Virus record (IMG/VR): IMGVR_UViG_3300033463_000011
Coordinates: 136,234-200,233 of that record
Reading direction: 5' to 3' (one strand)
DNA length: 64,000 nt
Source of the DNA: a virus
Taxonomy: Duplodnaviria; Caudoviricetes
The position numbers and the translations under genes are program-made. Positions 27,953 to 37,763 of the stretch are shown in pieces. The notes under the pieces are model-generated. The model worked only from the letters and a program-made list of their open reading frames with translations. It was not told the origin of the DNA and searched no databases. Positions within the stretch are counted from its first letter, which is position 1. Each line of letters starts with the position of its first letter.

Positions 27953-29017
27953 ATGAAAATATACGCAGCAAAGAAATTAACAGTAGATAAAGAATCATTA
28001 AAGCGTTCTATATTCTATTTATTTAATTATGTTTCTGAACAACTTAATCTAGAACCTGGTCAACTCAAGATAAAGAAAATGGAACTCTATAGAGGAGGAC
28101 ATGGAAGTCGAGTATACTATGTATTAGATATATATTATAAGATAAACGATATACTAGATAAGCTATCAATAGAGGATGTTCCGATGAATCAAGAAATCCC
28201 TGAAGATTTTTGGATAGATTATAAGAGATATCCTTGGTATAAAATATCTTTTAGCCAGGAATTTATGGAAACTATTGAAGATGAAGTTACTATAGATATA
28301 AATAAACTAAACGACGCATTTGAAGAGTTTAAACAAGTTATTAATACAAATTCAAATCAGATAATGTATTCATTTAGTCAAAGCGAAACTTATCTTAGTG
28401 AATGCCTTGACCGAGAATATAGTAATGGTATATGGGCGTTTAGAGCAAATGTATTTGGTATCAATAATCCAAATTTCAAATGCAAGAAATGCAGTTGGTA
28501 CACGTGGGAAATAACTAAAATTGATACTGGAAAATCTATAAAGGTTCAATTAAATTTTAATAATATATTTATTCACTATAATGTTATTAGTGGCCAATTT
28601 GTTGACGACAATGGAAACACAATAAATAATATATCAGAACACTTAGAAAGTCGAATAGACGAAAATGAGAGCAAAATACAAGAGGAGTTAAACAAATTCA
28701 GATATCAAAAAATGTATTATAGAAAGGTATCTGAAATTGATGAATATATAAATAGTCAATTAATTGACGGGGCTGTATTTGTTGTAATGTCAGATATAGA
28801 AAAAATGCCAAATTTGTTATATGACGCAACACATGATGGCGCATCATTATGTAAATCAGATTACGGTGAAATAGAAGATGTTTTAACTGTCGATAAAGAA
28901 GAGCTAGATAAAGTTGTTAAAAGAATAAATACTTGGGTCAAGGGCAGAACATCTAGAAGTAAAAATAAAACTGCACAGGATGAAGAACGCGTAATCTACG
29001 AAGATTTAGACGAATAA
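27953..29017 (+). CDS. Hypothetical protein with MKIYAA leader
   Basis: Long ORF, GAGG RBS; probable paralogue of 26916. Confidence 0.8.
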   Translation: MKIYAAKKLTVDKESLKRSIFYLFNYVSEQLNLEPGQLKIKKMELYRGGHGSRVYYVLDIYYKINDILDKLSIEDVPMNQEIPEDFWIDYKRYPWYKISFSQEFMETIEDEVTIDINKLNDAFEEFKQVINTNSNQIMYSFSQSETYLSECLDREYSNGIWAFRANVFGINNPNFKCKKCSWYTWEITKIDTGKSIKVQLNFNNIFIHYNVISGQFVDDNGNTINNISEHLESRIDENESKIQEELNKFRYQKMYYRKVSEIDEYINSQLIDGAVFVVMSDIEKMPNLLYDATHDGASLCKSDYGEIEDVLTVDKEELDKVVKRINTWVKGRTSRSKNKTAQDEERVIYEDLDE

Positions 29018-29055
29018 CCTTTTATCATATAAATGAAAGCACAGGAGTTTTTGAT

Positions 29056-29943
29056 ATGCCTGAATACATAAAAGCAGCATTTGATAATGAAATTCCGTTT
29101 TGGTTAAGAAAAGATAAAGAAGCTCTCAGAGCACTTAATCGAAACGGGATAGATTTAAAGAAAGCAGAATATAGCATAAATAAAACAGGAAAAGCTGCAG
29201 ACGATTTTGCAGTTTACTGTTTACAGCCTTATGAAGGGCATAGTAAATTAATAGTATGGATTCCGGGAATATATAATGACGATGAATATCTTGATGATCC
29301 GTATGATGATAAATATAAAGCAATCAAGTACATATCAAAGAAAAATCTCCCTATTAGAGATGTAGTATACATTAATAAGAAATCGAATGCAAAGGAATGG
29401 AGAGATAAGTATAGAGATCCTAGATATACGTATCCAGATAATCGTCATGGTAGATATGCTGGTCAGTACTATACGCCCCCTAGAACAAACTGGCGTGGGG
29501 AAGAAACTCCCGGAGAATGGAGTGAAACTGGAGAAAGGGTAAGATATGGAGAATATCGAGATAAATCTGGATATATTATTCCTGACCCTAAAGATAAACT
29601 TCTCGAATTTTATTCTTCAGACAAGGGCTATACAAGAATCAAAAAGAGACTTGAACAGGTTTATGCGGACCTAATTCAACTCCGCAAAGATTTATTTGAC
29701 GTGGATTTTATGTCATTTGGGGAATACGAAGGTAGCACAGATTATATGAACATGTTGAATAGATTTGGCGATGTTTGTAGAGATTATAGATTGTGTATTA
29801 AGCGGTTGCAGGAATTTGAAAATCTTCCTGACACTGAGAAACAATACGGGCGATATTCTATTGAAAGCGTATTTGATGACTTAAGAAGCATGCTTGATGA
29901 TATCAAGAGAATACGCAAAGCAATAGAATCAGGTAGATATTAA
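29056..29943 (+). CDS. Hypothetical protein (YIKAA leader)
   Basis: AGGAG RBS; AACCTT motif at 29015. Confidence 0.8.
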   Translation: MPEYIKAAFDNEIPFWLRKDKEALRALNRNGIDLKKAEYSINKTGKAADDFAVYCLQPYEGHSKLIVWIPGIYNDDEYLDDPYDDKYKAIKYISKKNLPIRDVVYINKKSNAKEWRDKYRDPRYTYPDNRHGRYAGQYYTPPRTNWRGEETPGEWSETGERVRYGEYRDKSGYIIPDPKDKLLEFYSSDKGYTRIKKRLEQVYADLIQLRKDLFDVDFMSFGEYEGSTDYMNMLNRFGDVCRDYRLCIKRLQEFENLPDTEKQYGRYSIESVFDDLRSMLDDIKRIRKAIESGRY

Positions 29944-29964
29944 TATAAAGAGGAGTAACTATAT

Positions 29965-30219
29965 ATGAAATTTGATTTTTCACCTTATACAGGAATTAAA
30001 GCATCTGAAAAAGAAGCATCAAAAGATCCTCAGGAGAGGGTTGAAGATCAGTGCGATGCCATCGAAGCAGATTTTGATTTTGCGTTAGCAGGTATTGAAA
30101 AGTTAGCTAGAGATGGTGAGTATGAAGCTGCAAGCGATGCTGCAAACAAAATTCACGCAGTATTAAACGAAGTTATCGCAGATATTGGAGATAACTTTAC
30201 AAATGCTCAAGGGGTATAA
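29965..30219 (+). CDS. Hypothetical protein (IKAS leader)
   Basis: GAGGAG RBS. Confidence 0.75.
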   Translation: MKFDFSPYTGIKASEKEASKDPQERVEDQCDAIEADFDFALAGIEKLARDGEYEAASDAANKIHAVLNEVIADIGDNFTNAQGV

Positions 30220-30222
30220 CAA

Positions 30223-30855
30223 ATGAAACTTTATATCTATGCTGAGAGAGATTTACATGATAGTAAGCCTCATATATTTTATAGTGAGGATTTCAGTGAT
30301 AACGACATCGGCAATTGTTATGAAGTACTGAAGACATTCTTTGTAGATTGGCTTAATGAAAATGACAATCCTTTCTTGGATGACGAAATGGATCACTTTG
30401 TACGTCGTGTAGACGGAAAACCTGCTATTGTAATTCCTAAAGGTGATATTATCACTATAACAGATATTGATAATGGCGCTTTTGAGTTTGAAGTTCCATT
30501 TAACTACGAATCAGATACTTTTAGGTTTTGGGTAGGCGATAAATATGATACTCCGATGTATTTAAGATGCACTGAAAGTGAATTAGTTGCTTGTGATATA
30601 ACTGCTAATGAATCTTTAGATACTTGTGACAAGTATCAAGTTAGACATTTCGCTGGCGAAGGATGCGGACTCTTGGATTATTTCTCTTCAGATAATTGGA
30701 GTGATATTGAAGAAAAAGCACATGAAATGATTTCCAAAGGCGGATACATAGAATTAGCTAACACTGAAAGCGGAATCATGCTATTGATGTCTCATGATAA
30801 TTACTTTGATGAGTTTGAAGGTGAATTTCCTATTAAAGAAGAGTGGATGTATTAA
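30223..30855 (+). CDS. Hypothetical acidic protein (MKLYIYA leader)
   Basis: Tightly packed ORF; internal ITAN motif. Confidence 0.75.
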   Translation: MKLYIYAERDLHDSKPHIFYSEDFSDNDIGNCYEVLKTFFVDWLNENDNPFLDDEMDHFVRRVDGKPAIVIPKGDIITITDIDNGAFEFEVPFNYESDTFRFWVGDKYDTPMYLRCTESELVACDITANESLDTCDKYQVRHFAGEGCGLLDYFSSDNWSDIEEKAHEMISKGGYIELANTESGIMLLMSHDNYFDEFEGEFPIKEEWMY

Positions 30856-31224
30856 ATGAAGGTCTACGTTAAATCGGCATTAGACAACTCAAACATTCCT
30901 GATGAAAATAAGAACGGTGACTGCTTCAAAGTTGCGTTTGAAGCGTTAACACGAAATCATAACACAGGTTATTTAGTACATGGAGTTGTAACTGGTAGAG
31001 GTGCTATTGAAGGATTACAATATGCACATGCTTGGGTAGAAGATGCTGGTGAAGTATTTGATAATACACTTCCTGATGGATTAAAACAACTTCCAAAAGA
31101 AGTATACTATGGATTAGCTAATGTTGTATTGACACGTAAATATAATTTTAAACAAGCATTAGAAAATGCAGTTAGTACTGAAACATATGGACCTTGGGAT
31201 AATGTATTTGATAATTATTATTAA
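30856..31224 (+). CDS. Transglutaminase/papain-like fold protein (MKVYVKSA leader)
   Basis: GDC...LVHG...HAWVE...FD Cys-His-acid pattern. Confidence 0.55.
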   Translation: MKVYVKSALDNSNIPDENKNGDCFKVAFEALTRNHNTGYLVHGVVTGRGAIEGLQYAHAWVEDAGEVFDNTLPDGLKQLPKEVYYGLANVVLTRKYNFKQALENAVSTETYGPWDNVFDNYY

Positions 31225-31233
31225 GGAATTCGC

Positions 31234-31593
31234 ATGAAAATATTTCTAAACAACTCTCCAGACAACACACTTTACGATGATATAGCTGAATCATTATATG
31301 ATTTAGGTTCAGTTGAATTTAGAGATTATTATAAGATACACGTAAATTTTGTAAATGATGAATGGATAATCAATTGCGACCCAAAATCAAGCGAACTTCC
31401 TTCGTTAAAATTAACAACTATCGTTAATGAACATAATGGTGTAGAAGTATTAAGGGTTGAACCTGATGAAATTGCTAAGTTTCCCAAATCAATTAGTTTC
31501 AACGACTATAATTCTTGTCTCGATACTGCAAATAAATATATAAATCTTATGGACTTTTTATCCGCATTATATGATTTTGAATACGAATTATAA
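31234..31593 (+). CDS. Hypothetical protein
   Basis: AAGGA RBS, operon packing. Confidence 0.7.
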   Translation: MKIFLNNSPDNTLYDDIAESLYDLGSVEFRDYYKIHVNFVNDEWIINCDPKSSELPSLKLTTIVNEHNGVEVLRVEPDEIAKFPKSISFNDYNSCLDTANKYINLMDFLSALYDFEYEL

Positions 31594-31611
31594 CAAACGG
31601 GAGGATATTTC

Positions 31612-32049
31612 ATGTTAACTCCAGAAGAATTAAGCATAATTGAAGAAAACGCAGTAGATAATTATTTAGAAGATATCAGCAATAACGACAGCGATTTTTC
31701 TGATGAAGAATTAAGAGGAGATATTCCTAATTGGTATGATGCAGATAGTTATCGCCTTGCAGCTGCAAAGTGCATACTTCCTGGAGAAGTAATTCAGCAA
31801 TGGTTATACGAATCTGATTTCGTAGACATGTACCTCAAAACTAAAGATGCTAGATCTATTTCAGAATGCATTCTTGATTCAGATAAAGAAGATCCAGATA
31901 CATTTTATCAAGCTTGCATAGATGTATGCGATGATGCTAAAAACTATTGGTTCAATACGTATTATCCCGATAAATGCGATGAATATTTTGATAAAAATGC
32001 AGAGCCTATAGATGATAGCGAATACTATAGTGACAGCTATTACGATTAA
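31612..32049 (+). CDS. Hypothetical acidic protein
   Basis: GGAGG RBS. Confidence 0.7.
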   Translation: MLTPEELSIIEENAVDNYLEDISNNDSDFSDEELRGDIPNWYDADSYRLAAAKCILPGEVIQQWLYESDFVDMYLKTKDARSISECILDSDKEDPDTFYQACIDVCDDAKNYWFNTYYPDKCDEYFDKNAEPIDDSEYYSDSYYD

Positions 32050-32160
32050 TCATATCAAAATAAAATAACCTTATTTAATTTTAGGAAGTGAAATTTGTAA
32101 ATTCTCGACTGGTCATCGAGAGAAAACAAATTTATATCTATATTAAGGAGGCAAACAGTT

Positions 32161-32502
32161 ATGGCAACTATTACCATTACTTATGTAAAGCCTGTTGACG
32201 CCACAGCAGTTCCTGCATCTCAGATTTGTGCTACTTTCGTTCCTACGAATGCAGCAGCTGACAACACAGTATTTGACAATACTTACTACGATACAAACGT
32301 AGCAGGTTATGGCGATGCTCTCAGCCTTGACGCATTCTTCGCAGCTCAGGTTGCACATCCTGGTCTTATTGCTGCTCTTAGAGCTGCAATTCGTGCTGGT
32401 TCCTATGATTGGGACGCAACAGCTGAAGATGTTCAGTATGTAGGCGAGATTGCTCCGGCACTTGCTGAGCAGGGCTTCACATTTGGCGGATCTGGATCTT
32501 AA
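32161..32502 (+). CDS. Abundant structural protein (possible head decoration)
   Basis: AAGGAGG RBS, capsid-like codon bias, AACCTT motif at 32066. Confidence 0.6.
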   Translation: MATITITYVKPVDATAVPASQICATFVPTNAAADNTVFDNTYYDTNVAGYGDALSLDAFFAAQVAHPGLIAALRAAIRAGSYDWDATAEDVQYVGEIAPALAEQGFTFGGSGS

Positions 32503-32533
32503 TCTTTTTCAAGAATAAGGTAGCGTTTAACTT

Positions 32534-33244
32534 ATGACAATGCAAGAGATAGTACAGCAAGTAAGCTTCATGCTCGGAATGCCTGCAGTGGATAATACCG
32601 AACAATTGCAAGTTGAACAAGCTGTTTTAATCGCATTTCGTGAATTAAAACGCTACATGAAGACACCAGTAGACATAACAATTCCTTTCGAGAAAAGAGT
32701 TGATCTCGTCAAGTTAGGAATTAAAACAAAAAAGGTATTAAACGTACAAGCTGCGTATCCTCGTGTAGGTCTCGTAATGAGTTCTATAGATAGCGGAAAC
32801 GTATTTCAAGTAGCTGCAGCTGTTAATACATATTCTGCCATAGGTCAAACTTCAGCATTGAATATTGATCCAATTATGACAGAGATGGCAATGGCTCAGG
32901 TTAGAAATACATTATCTACTGACTTCCAGTGGAAGCACGATGTAGACAACGAAGTAGTTTATATAACTCATCGAGAACCTATACCTACTCAAGTAACAAT
33001 AACTTATGTTCCTGATTATCAGGATGTAAGCGAAATAAAAAGTGATACTTGGATAGACTACCTAATAAGAATGTCTGAAGCAAATATGAAAAAGGCATTA
33101 GGGAGAACTCGTAGTAAATACACAATACAAGGATCTAATGTATCGCTAGATGGTGACACTTTATTATCTGAAGCAAATGCTGAATTAGAGACAATAAGGA
33201 CAGAACTTGAAGCGAGAAAGAACAAATTAGTAGCACTTAATTAA
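32534..33244 (+). CDS. Head completion / neck protein, T4 gp13-like
   Basis: LGRTRSKY...VSLDGDTLLSEA..EL C-terminal motif of gp13-like neck proteins. Confidence 0.7.
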   Translation: MTMQEIVQQVSFMLGMPAVDNTEQLQVEQAVLIAFRELKRYMKTPVDITIPFEKRVDLVKLGIKTKKVLNVQAAYPRVGLVMSSIDSGNVFQVAAAVNTYSAIGQTSALNIDPIMTEMAMAQVRNTLSTDFQWKHDVDNEVVYITHREPIPTQVTITYVPDYQDVSEIKSDTWIDYLIRMSEANMKKALGRTRSKYTIQGSNVSLDGDTLLSEANAELETIRTELEARKNKLVALN

Positions 33245-33259
33245 TTAAGGAGAAATGAT

Positions 33260-33667
33260 ATGAAATTTACAAAGACAGTTCGCGCAAGCAAGAAGGTAGA
33301 GCCTTCAACAAAGCGTCCTATCCGCGCAAATCGTAGAGTGATCCGTTCTGACGAGGAAATTGAAGACATCGAAGATATCGATGTACCCGTTGACGAAGAG
33401 ATCATTGATGAAGAGCCTGTTCAGGAAGAGCTTCTTTTCGAGGTTGGTGACGTTGCAGAAGTTATCGCTGAAGTTACAGGTGAGCCTGTTGACTATACAG
33501 TAGACGATGAGACAGCAGAAGTTACATTCTCTTATGGTGAGGATGAAATCACTGTTACCCCTGAGGGAACAGAGGAAGTTGTTGAAGATTCTACAAGAAT
33601 CAGCAAAGCTGCAAAGAAGATCGCTGCTGCTAAGAAGGTAGCTGCTCCTCGCAAGCTTCGCAGATAA
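33260..33667 (+). CDS. Putative prohead core protein (basic termini, acidic core)
   Basis: MKFTKTVRAS, IRAN, IRSD motifs; capsid-like codon bias; AAGGAG RBS. Confidence 0.6.
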   Translation: MKFTKTVRASKKVEPSTKRPIRANRRVIRSDEEIEDIEDIDVPVDEEIIDEEPVQEELLFEVGDVAEVIAEVTGEPVDYTVDDETAEVTFSYGEDEITVTPEGTEEVVEDSTRISKAAKKIAAAKKVAAPRKLRR

Positions 33668-33699
33668 TTTTTTAAAAGTTATCTAAATGCATAACAATC

Positions 33700-33737
33700 A
33701 GCCTCACAGGTAATTAGCAATAATCGCCTGTGAGGTT
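33700..33737 (+). terminator. Probable terminator hairpin
   Basis: AGCCTCACAGG...CCTGTGAGGTT. Confidence 0.55.
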
Positions 33738-33766
33738 ATTTACTTTAAATTTAGGGAGAAAGCATA

Positions 33767-35242
33767 ATGGCTGATAACAATTTATTAAATATAGGAAAAG
33801 TAAAATCTATAATTGATAAATTATTCAAGAGTATGTATAGTATTCTTGATGGCTATTCTGTAAAAGACGGGGAAGTAGAAGCTAAACAGGGTCAATTAAC
33901 GTCTCATGTCGAGATGGAACCTAATTTAGTTATTGATTTAACTGCGACAAATATAGGATACGTTTTTAGAGATATAATAAAAGCAATCAACGAATTATCT
34001 GATTTAGACTTTTATACTAGAAATAATAAAGCAAAAGAGATAGTAGAAAAGCTTGTTGGAGTTGAATTAAAAACAAATGATGAAAATCAATATGTCGGTA
34101 ATGACATATCACTTGAAACAGCTAAGAAGAATAAATCAGGAATGCTCGGAATTGATATAGACGCATTTGACCTTAATTCAGGAAATGCAGCATTTCAAGA
34201 TTGGATGGGGATAGCATTTAATGTACTTAAATACACGTTAGATTGCGAAGCAGATGGATTTGACCACGGCAAAGTTGCAGATGTTTCATTACAAGAAGCT
34301 GCTAATTGGATTTTCAAGTATGTTGATATAATCCGTGGAAAATCAAACAATAGCAAGCAGTTGTCTCATGAAGAAAAAGGCAAAATTTCTAAAAACGCAG
34401 ATTTAGTAGGCTTTTCTTTAGTTAAGCCGATACTTATACAGATACAAAGCGAATTAAGAAAATTGTATCAACAAAGACTGAATGAAGAATTATCATTAGA
34501 TAAAAACATTCCTCAGAATGAAGAAAATGTCGAAGATACATCTGGAGAAAATACAGAAGATACATCTGGAGATGTTTTTGAAAATAAAGAACAAGAAAGC
34601 GGTGGTAATGTGACTACAAGTAAACAGATCAAAATTAAACTTAAAAAGATCGAAGGTTCTATTGATTTAATTGGTCTTGAATCTAATTACGAACCTGCAG
34701 CTACATTAGCTGATATAGACGACATCGTTAATCAAGATGAATTTATTGACGCATTAAGCGATGAAGTTGAAACATATACAATTGATGTAGACGAAGACGG
34801 ATATGATATTGAACAGTGCGAAACTTGCGAAATTGATCCTTGCCAAAGCTTAAACTCAGTAATGAACACAGCAATAATAATGTATCGCAACCTCTATATC
34901 CTGCATTGGATGGCAAAGGGCAACGATATGATGAAGTTACATCTTTTAACAGAAGAACTTTATAGCAAACTTATTCAAGAGATTGATACATTAGGCGAAC
35001 TTTTAGTAGAGAAATGCGGAACTGTTCAGAATTTAGATTTTGAATGGACACCAATCGCAGTAAGGAATTATGAGTTCCAAGAATCGTTATTTATACTGAA
35101 GGATTTCATTCAGAATTATATTGACACAATTGATTACGCTTATCCTAACCAGGCAAGTGATGTTCAGAGTACGCTTGATGAGTGGCTTAGGTATTGGAAC
35201 AAGCAAATGAATTATTTTATTAAGAATCAAGAAGAGCAATGA
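33767..35242 (+). CDS. Large protein with C-terminal Dps/ferritin-like domain
   Basis: LHW..KG...LH.L.EELY......D.LGE ferroxidase-site pattern. Confidence 0.7.
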   Translation: MADNNLLNIGKVKSIIDKLFKSMYSILDGYSVKDGEVEAKQGQLTSHVEMEPNLVIDLTATNIGYVFRDIIKAINELSDLDFYTRNNKAKEIVEKLVGVELKTNDENQYVGNDISLETAKKNKSGMLGIDIDAFDLNSGNAAFQDWMGIAFNVLKYTLDCEADGFDHGKVADVSLQEAANWIFKYVDIIRGKSNNSKQLSHEEKGKISKNADLVGFSLVKPILIQIQSELRKLYQQRLNEELSLDKNIPQNEENVEDTSGENTEDTSGDVFENKEQESGGNVTTSKQIKIKLKKIEGSIDLIGLESNYEPAATLADIDDIVNQDEFIDALSDEVETYTIDVDEDGYDIEQCETCEIDPCQSLNSVMNTAIIMYRNLYILHWMAKGNDMMKLHLLTEELYSKLIQEIDTLGELLVEKCGTVQNLDFEWTPIAVRNYEFQESLFILKDFIQNYIDTIDYAYPNQASDVQSTLDEWLRYWNKQMNYFIKNQEEQ

Positions 35243-35367
35243 AACTTTACAAACGAACAAGAAATACTAATAAGCCTGTTATGAATGCTTCTCAACAAAG
35301 GGGCTATGACAAGGCTATGCCTTACATTAAAAAGTATGCAAAGGCTATGAAGGTGCTTGGTAGATGA
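35239..35367 (+). CDS. Small putative Phd-like antitoxin (42 aa)
   Basis: ATGA overlaps at both ends; C-terminal KKYAKAMKVLGR helix directly upstream of doc. Confidence 0.45.
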   Translation: MKLYKRTRNTNKPVMNASQQRGYDKAMPYIKKYAKAMKVLGR

Positions 35368-35450
35368 TTTCTTTTGACGAGCTTGTAGGTGTAAATATTG
35401 CTGTATGTACCGTTGCTGGAGAGCAATCAGTGGTTATAAATGAGAATAAT

Positions 35451-36971
35451 AAGCCGATTTTGTAAATAATCATATAACATTATAAATATTATTGCTTGAT
35501 TTTTTTATATTTTTAAATTTCTAAATAAATTACTTTATTTTTATTTAGAATTATACTATAATCATAATATCAAATCTACAAGAGAGGAGGTAATGTAATG
35601 GAGTTAGTTACTTGGAAATGTAAACTTAAGAATTTGACTGCTCAAGAATATCAATATCTTCGAGAGATGTGTTATCTTAGCAAGAATGTCTACAATGAAG
35701 CCGTATATAATATTCGTCAGCATTATTTTGCTGAAGGTACATATCTTCGCTACGAAGCTAATTTTGGTCAGATGAAATTTTCTGAAAATTATATCAATCT
35801 AGGATCTAATGTATCTCAAGCTACGATGCGTAAAGCAGATCAATCTTTTAAGTCATTCTTTGGGTTGCTTAAGAAGTCGAAACAAGGAATATATGAAAAC
35901 TGGAAAATTCGGCTACCCCATTATCTGAAGAAAGATCCATTTTATCCTGTTGAGTTTATTCATGCAGGAGAAGCTGATTTATCTAAAGGTAAGTTTAAGA
36001 TTCCAAAATCTAAGTATCTTAGAGATAAATATCCTGGATTGAAATTGTATATAACAATTCCAGAATACATTCGAGACAAGAAGGTACATACGATTTCTAT
36101 TGTTCCTAAATACAATGGAAGATACTTCGAAACAAGAATTGTATTTGAAAAAGAAGATACATCACTTGAATTAGATTCCAAAAATGCACTTGCAGTTGAT
36201 CTAGGTGTAAATAATTTTGCAACTTGTGTGACTTCTAGTGGAAATTCTTTCATAATTGATGGTAAAGAAGTAAAATCAATCAATCAATGGTATAACAAAG
36301 AAAATGCCAGACTTCAATCTGTGAAAGATAAGCAGAAGATTAAAGGCTATACAAAGAAACAATATCTGATATCAGGCAAGCGAGATCGACGGATTCAAGA
36401 TTTCATTTACAGTTCCACGAAGTATATTGTGAAGTATTGTATCGACAATGATATCGGCAATCTGGTAGTTGGTTATAATGATGGATTTCAAGATAAAGTT
36501 AATCTTGGCAAGGTTAATAATCAACAGTTTGTACTGCTACCTTATGGAAAATTCAAGACTCGCCTCGAATATCTTTGCAATTTGTATGGTATTAATTATG
36601 TGGAACAAGAAGAAAGCTACACATCTAAAGCAAGTTTCTGGGATCAAGATGAAATGCCTAAATGGAATCCTTTAAATCCGAAACAAGGAGAATTTTCAGG
36701 TAAGCGGATCAAGCGTGGGCTGTATCAAACAAAATCAGGTAAGTTGCTCAATGCTGATGTTAACGGGGCATTAAATATTCTAAGAAAAAGTAAAGTTGTG
36801 AGTCTTGAGACTCTATACCGTAGGGGCGAAGTCCTAACGCCTACAAGAATAAGGCTTGCCTAAGGAATTAGGTGGAAACTTAAATAGCAAACTTCTCCAT
36901 AAAAAGAATTATATAAAATTCGATATAGATTTTTTATATTTATATATGATTTTATATAAAACTTATAGGAT
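35451..36971 (+). mobile_element. Non-autonomous TnpB-only IS (IS200/IS605 or IS607 family), ~1.5 kb
   Basis: Boundaries inferred from restoring the doc frame (plus or minus 3 nt); contains only tnpB; AT-rich ends. Confidence 0.75.
35598..36863 (+). CDS. tnpB: RNA-guided endonuclease TnpB
   Basis: LAVDLGVNN (RuvC I), EESYTSKAS, RGLY, NADVNGALNILRK (RuvC III). Confidence 0.92.
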   Translation: MELVTWKCKLKNLTAQEYQYLREMCYLSKNVYNEAVYNIRQHYFAEGTYLRYEANFGQMKFSENYINLGSNVSQATMRKADQSFKSFFGLLKKSKQGIYENWKIRLPHYLKKDPFYPVEFIHAGEADLSKGKFKIPKSKYLRDKYPGLKLYITIPEYIRDKKVHTISIVPKYNGRYFETRIVFEKEDTSLELDSKNALAVDLGVNNFATCVTSSGNSFIIDGKEVKSINQWYNKENARLQSVKDKQKIKGYTKKQYLISGKRDRRIQDFIYSSTKYIVKYCIDNDIGNLVVGYNDGFQDKVNLGKVNNQQFVLLPYGKFKTRLEYLCNLYGINYVEQEESYTSKASFWDQDEMPKWNPLNPKQGEFSGKRIKRGLYQTKSGKLLNADVNGALNILRKSKVVSLETLYRRGEVLTPTRIRLA

Positions 36972-37238
36972 CTACTATCTGCATTAAGTGTTCAACAATG
37001 GTACGAAGATGATAGATTGTTAGCAAGTGCATTAATAAGGTCTATCACAATAGGTCACGGCTTTCAAGATGGTAATAAACGAACCGCAGCTATTGTAGGT
37101 GCGATTATTTGTGATTATACTTGTAGCGAAGATACTATGATTGATTGCATCTTAGATATCGCAAAAGGAAACTTGCGAGATGTAGAAGAGATTGCGAATA
37201 TTTTGTATAGTTGAGATATTGAAAGTAGGAAATTAAAC

Positions 37239-37763
37239 ATGAAACGCTACATAAAATCTTCAATAAAACCAATAGATGCCATACCCGAGAATCCAAATAT
37301 AAAGTCACGGGATTTGACACCTAAGAATTATAGCCAAAAAATTTATGATGATTTAAAAGAGGCATATGATAAACATATTGCCGTTTTTGAATTTGAGGGC
37401 GATTATAACTACAATAACTTTACAACTTATGCACATGAGCCTATTAAAAGACTTACTCAGGAACTTATAGTGCCTGGAGTTGAGAAGGCAATAAAAGAAA
37501 AGTTTATGAAAGATATGCATAAGGATATAAGCTATTTACCTAATGACCTTATTAAGTTAAATTTGGTAGATGGTTATGGTTCTTTTATAACAATAGTTAC
37601 TATTCGTGGTGAAGATAGAAAACATGTTTATGGTAAAATAAATTTCAATTATGCCGAAGAACTTAAAACCCGTTGCATAAGGAGAATTAAATTGCATTTG
37701 CAAGAACGACAATTTGAAAGAAACGCAGAACGTAGAAGGCGTAGTAAACTAGGAGGAATATAA
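37239..37763 (+). CDS. Hypothetical protein (MKRYIKSS leader)
   Basis: AGGA RBS. Confidence 0.75.
   Translation: MKRYIKSSIKPIDAIPENPNIKSRDLTPKNYSQKIYDDLKEAYDKHIAVFEFEGDYNYNNFTTYAHEPIKRLTQELIVPGVEKAIKEKFMKDMHKDISYLPNDLIKLNLVDGYGSFITIVTIRGEDRKHVYGKINFNYAEELKTRCIRRIKLHLQERQFERNAERRRRSKLGGI

Larger units (their letters stand above)
35364..37214 (+). pseudogene. doc: Doc/Fic family toxin split by a TnpB element (35364-35450 + 36972-37214)
   Basis: Joined halves read in frame ...VINENN|LLSAL...HGFQDGNKRTA (109 aa), the Doc-type Fic motif. Confidence 0.8.

Noticed and set aside
34532-34572. 24-nt tandem duplication (EDTSG x2)
   Set aside because: Ordinary low-complexity linker expansion
35451-36971. 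IStron (group I intron + TnpB) that would splice out and restore doc
   Set aside because: An in-frame U|...G junction is possible (AAT|GAT), but only ~150 nt of very AT-rich sequence precedes tnpB, too little for a group I core
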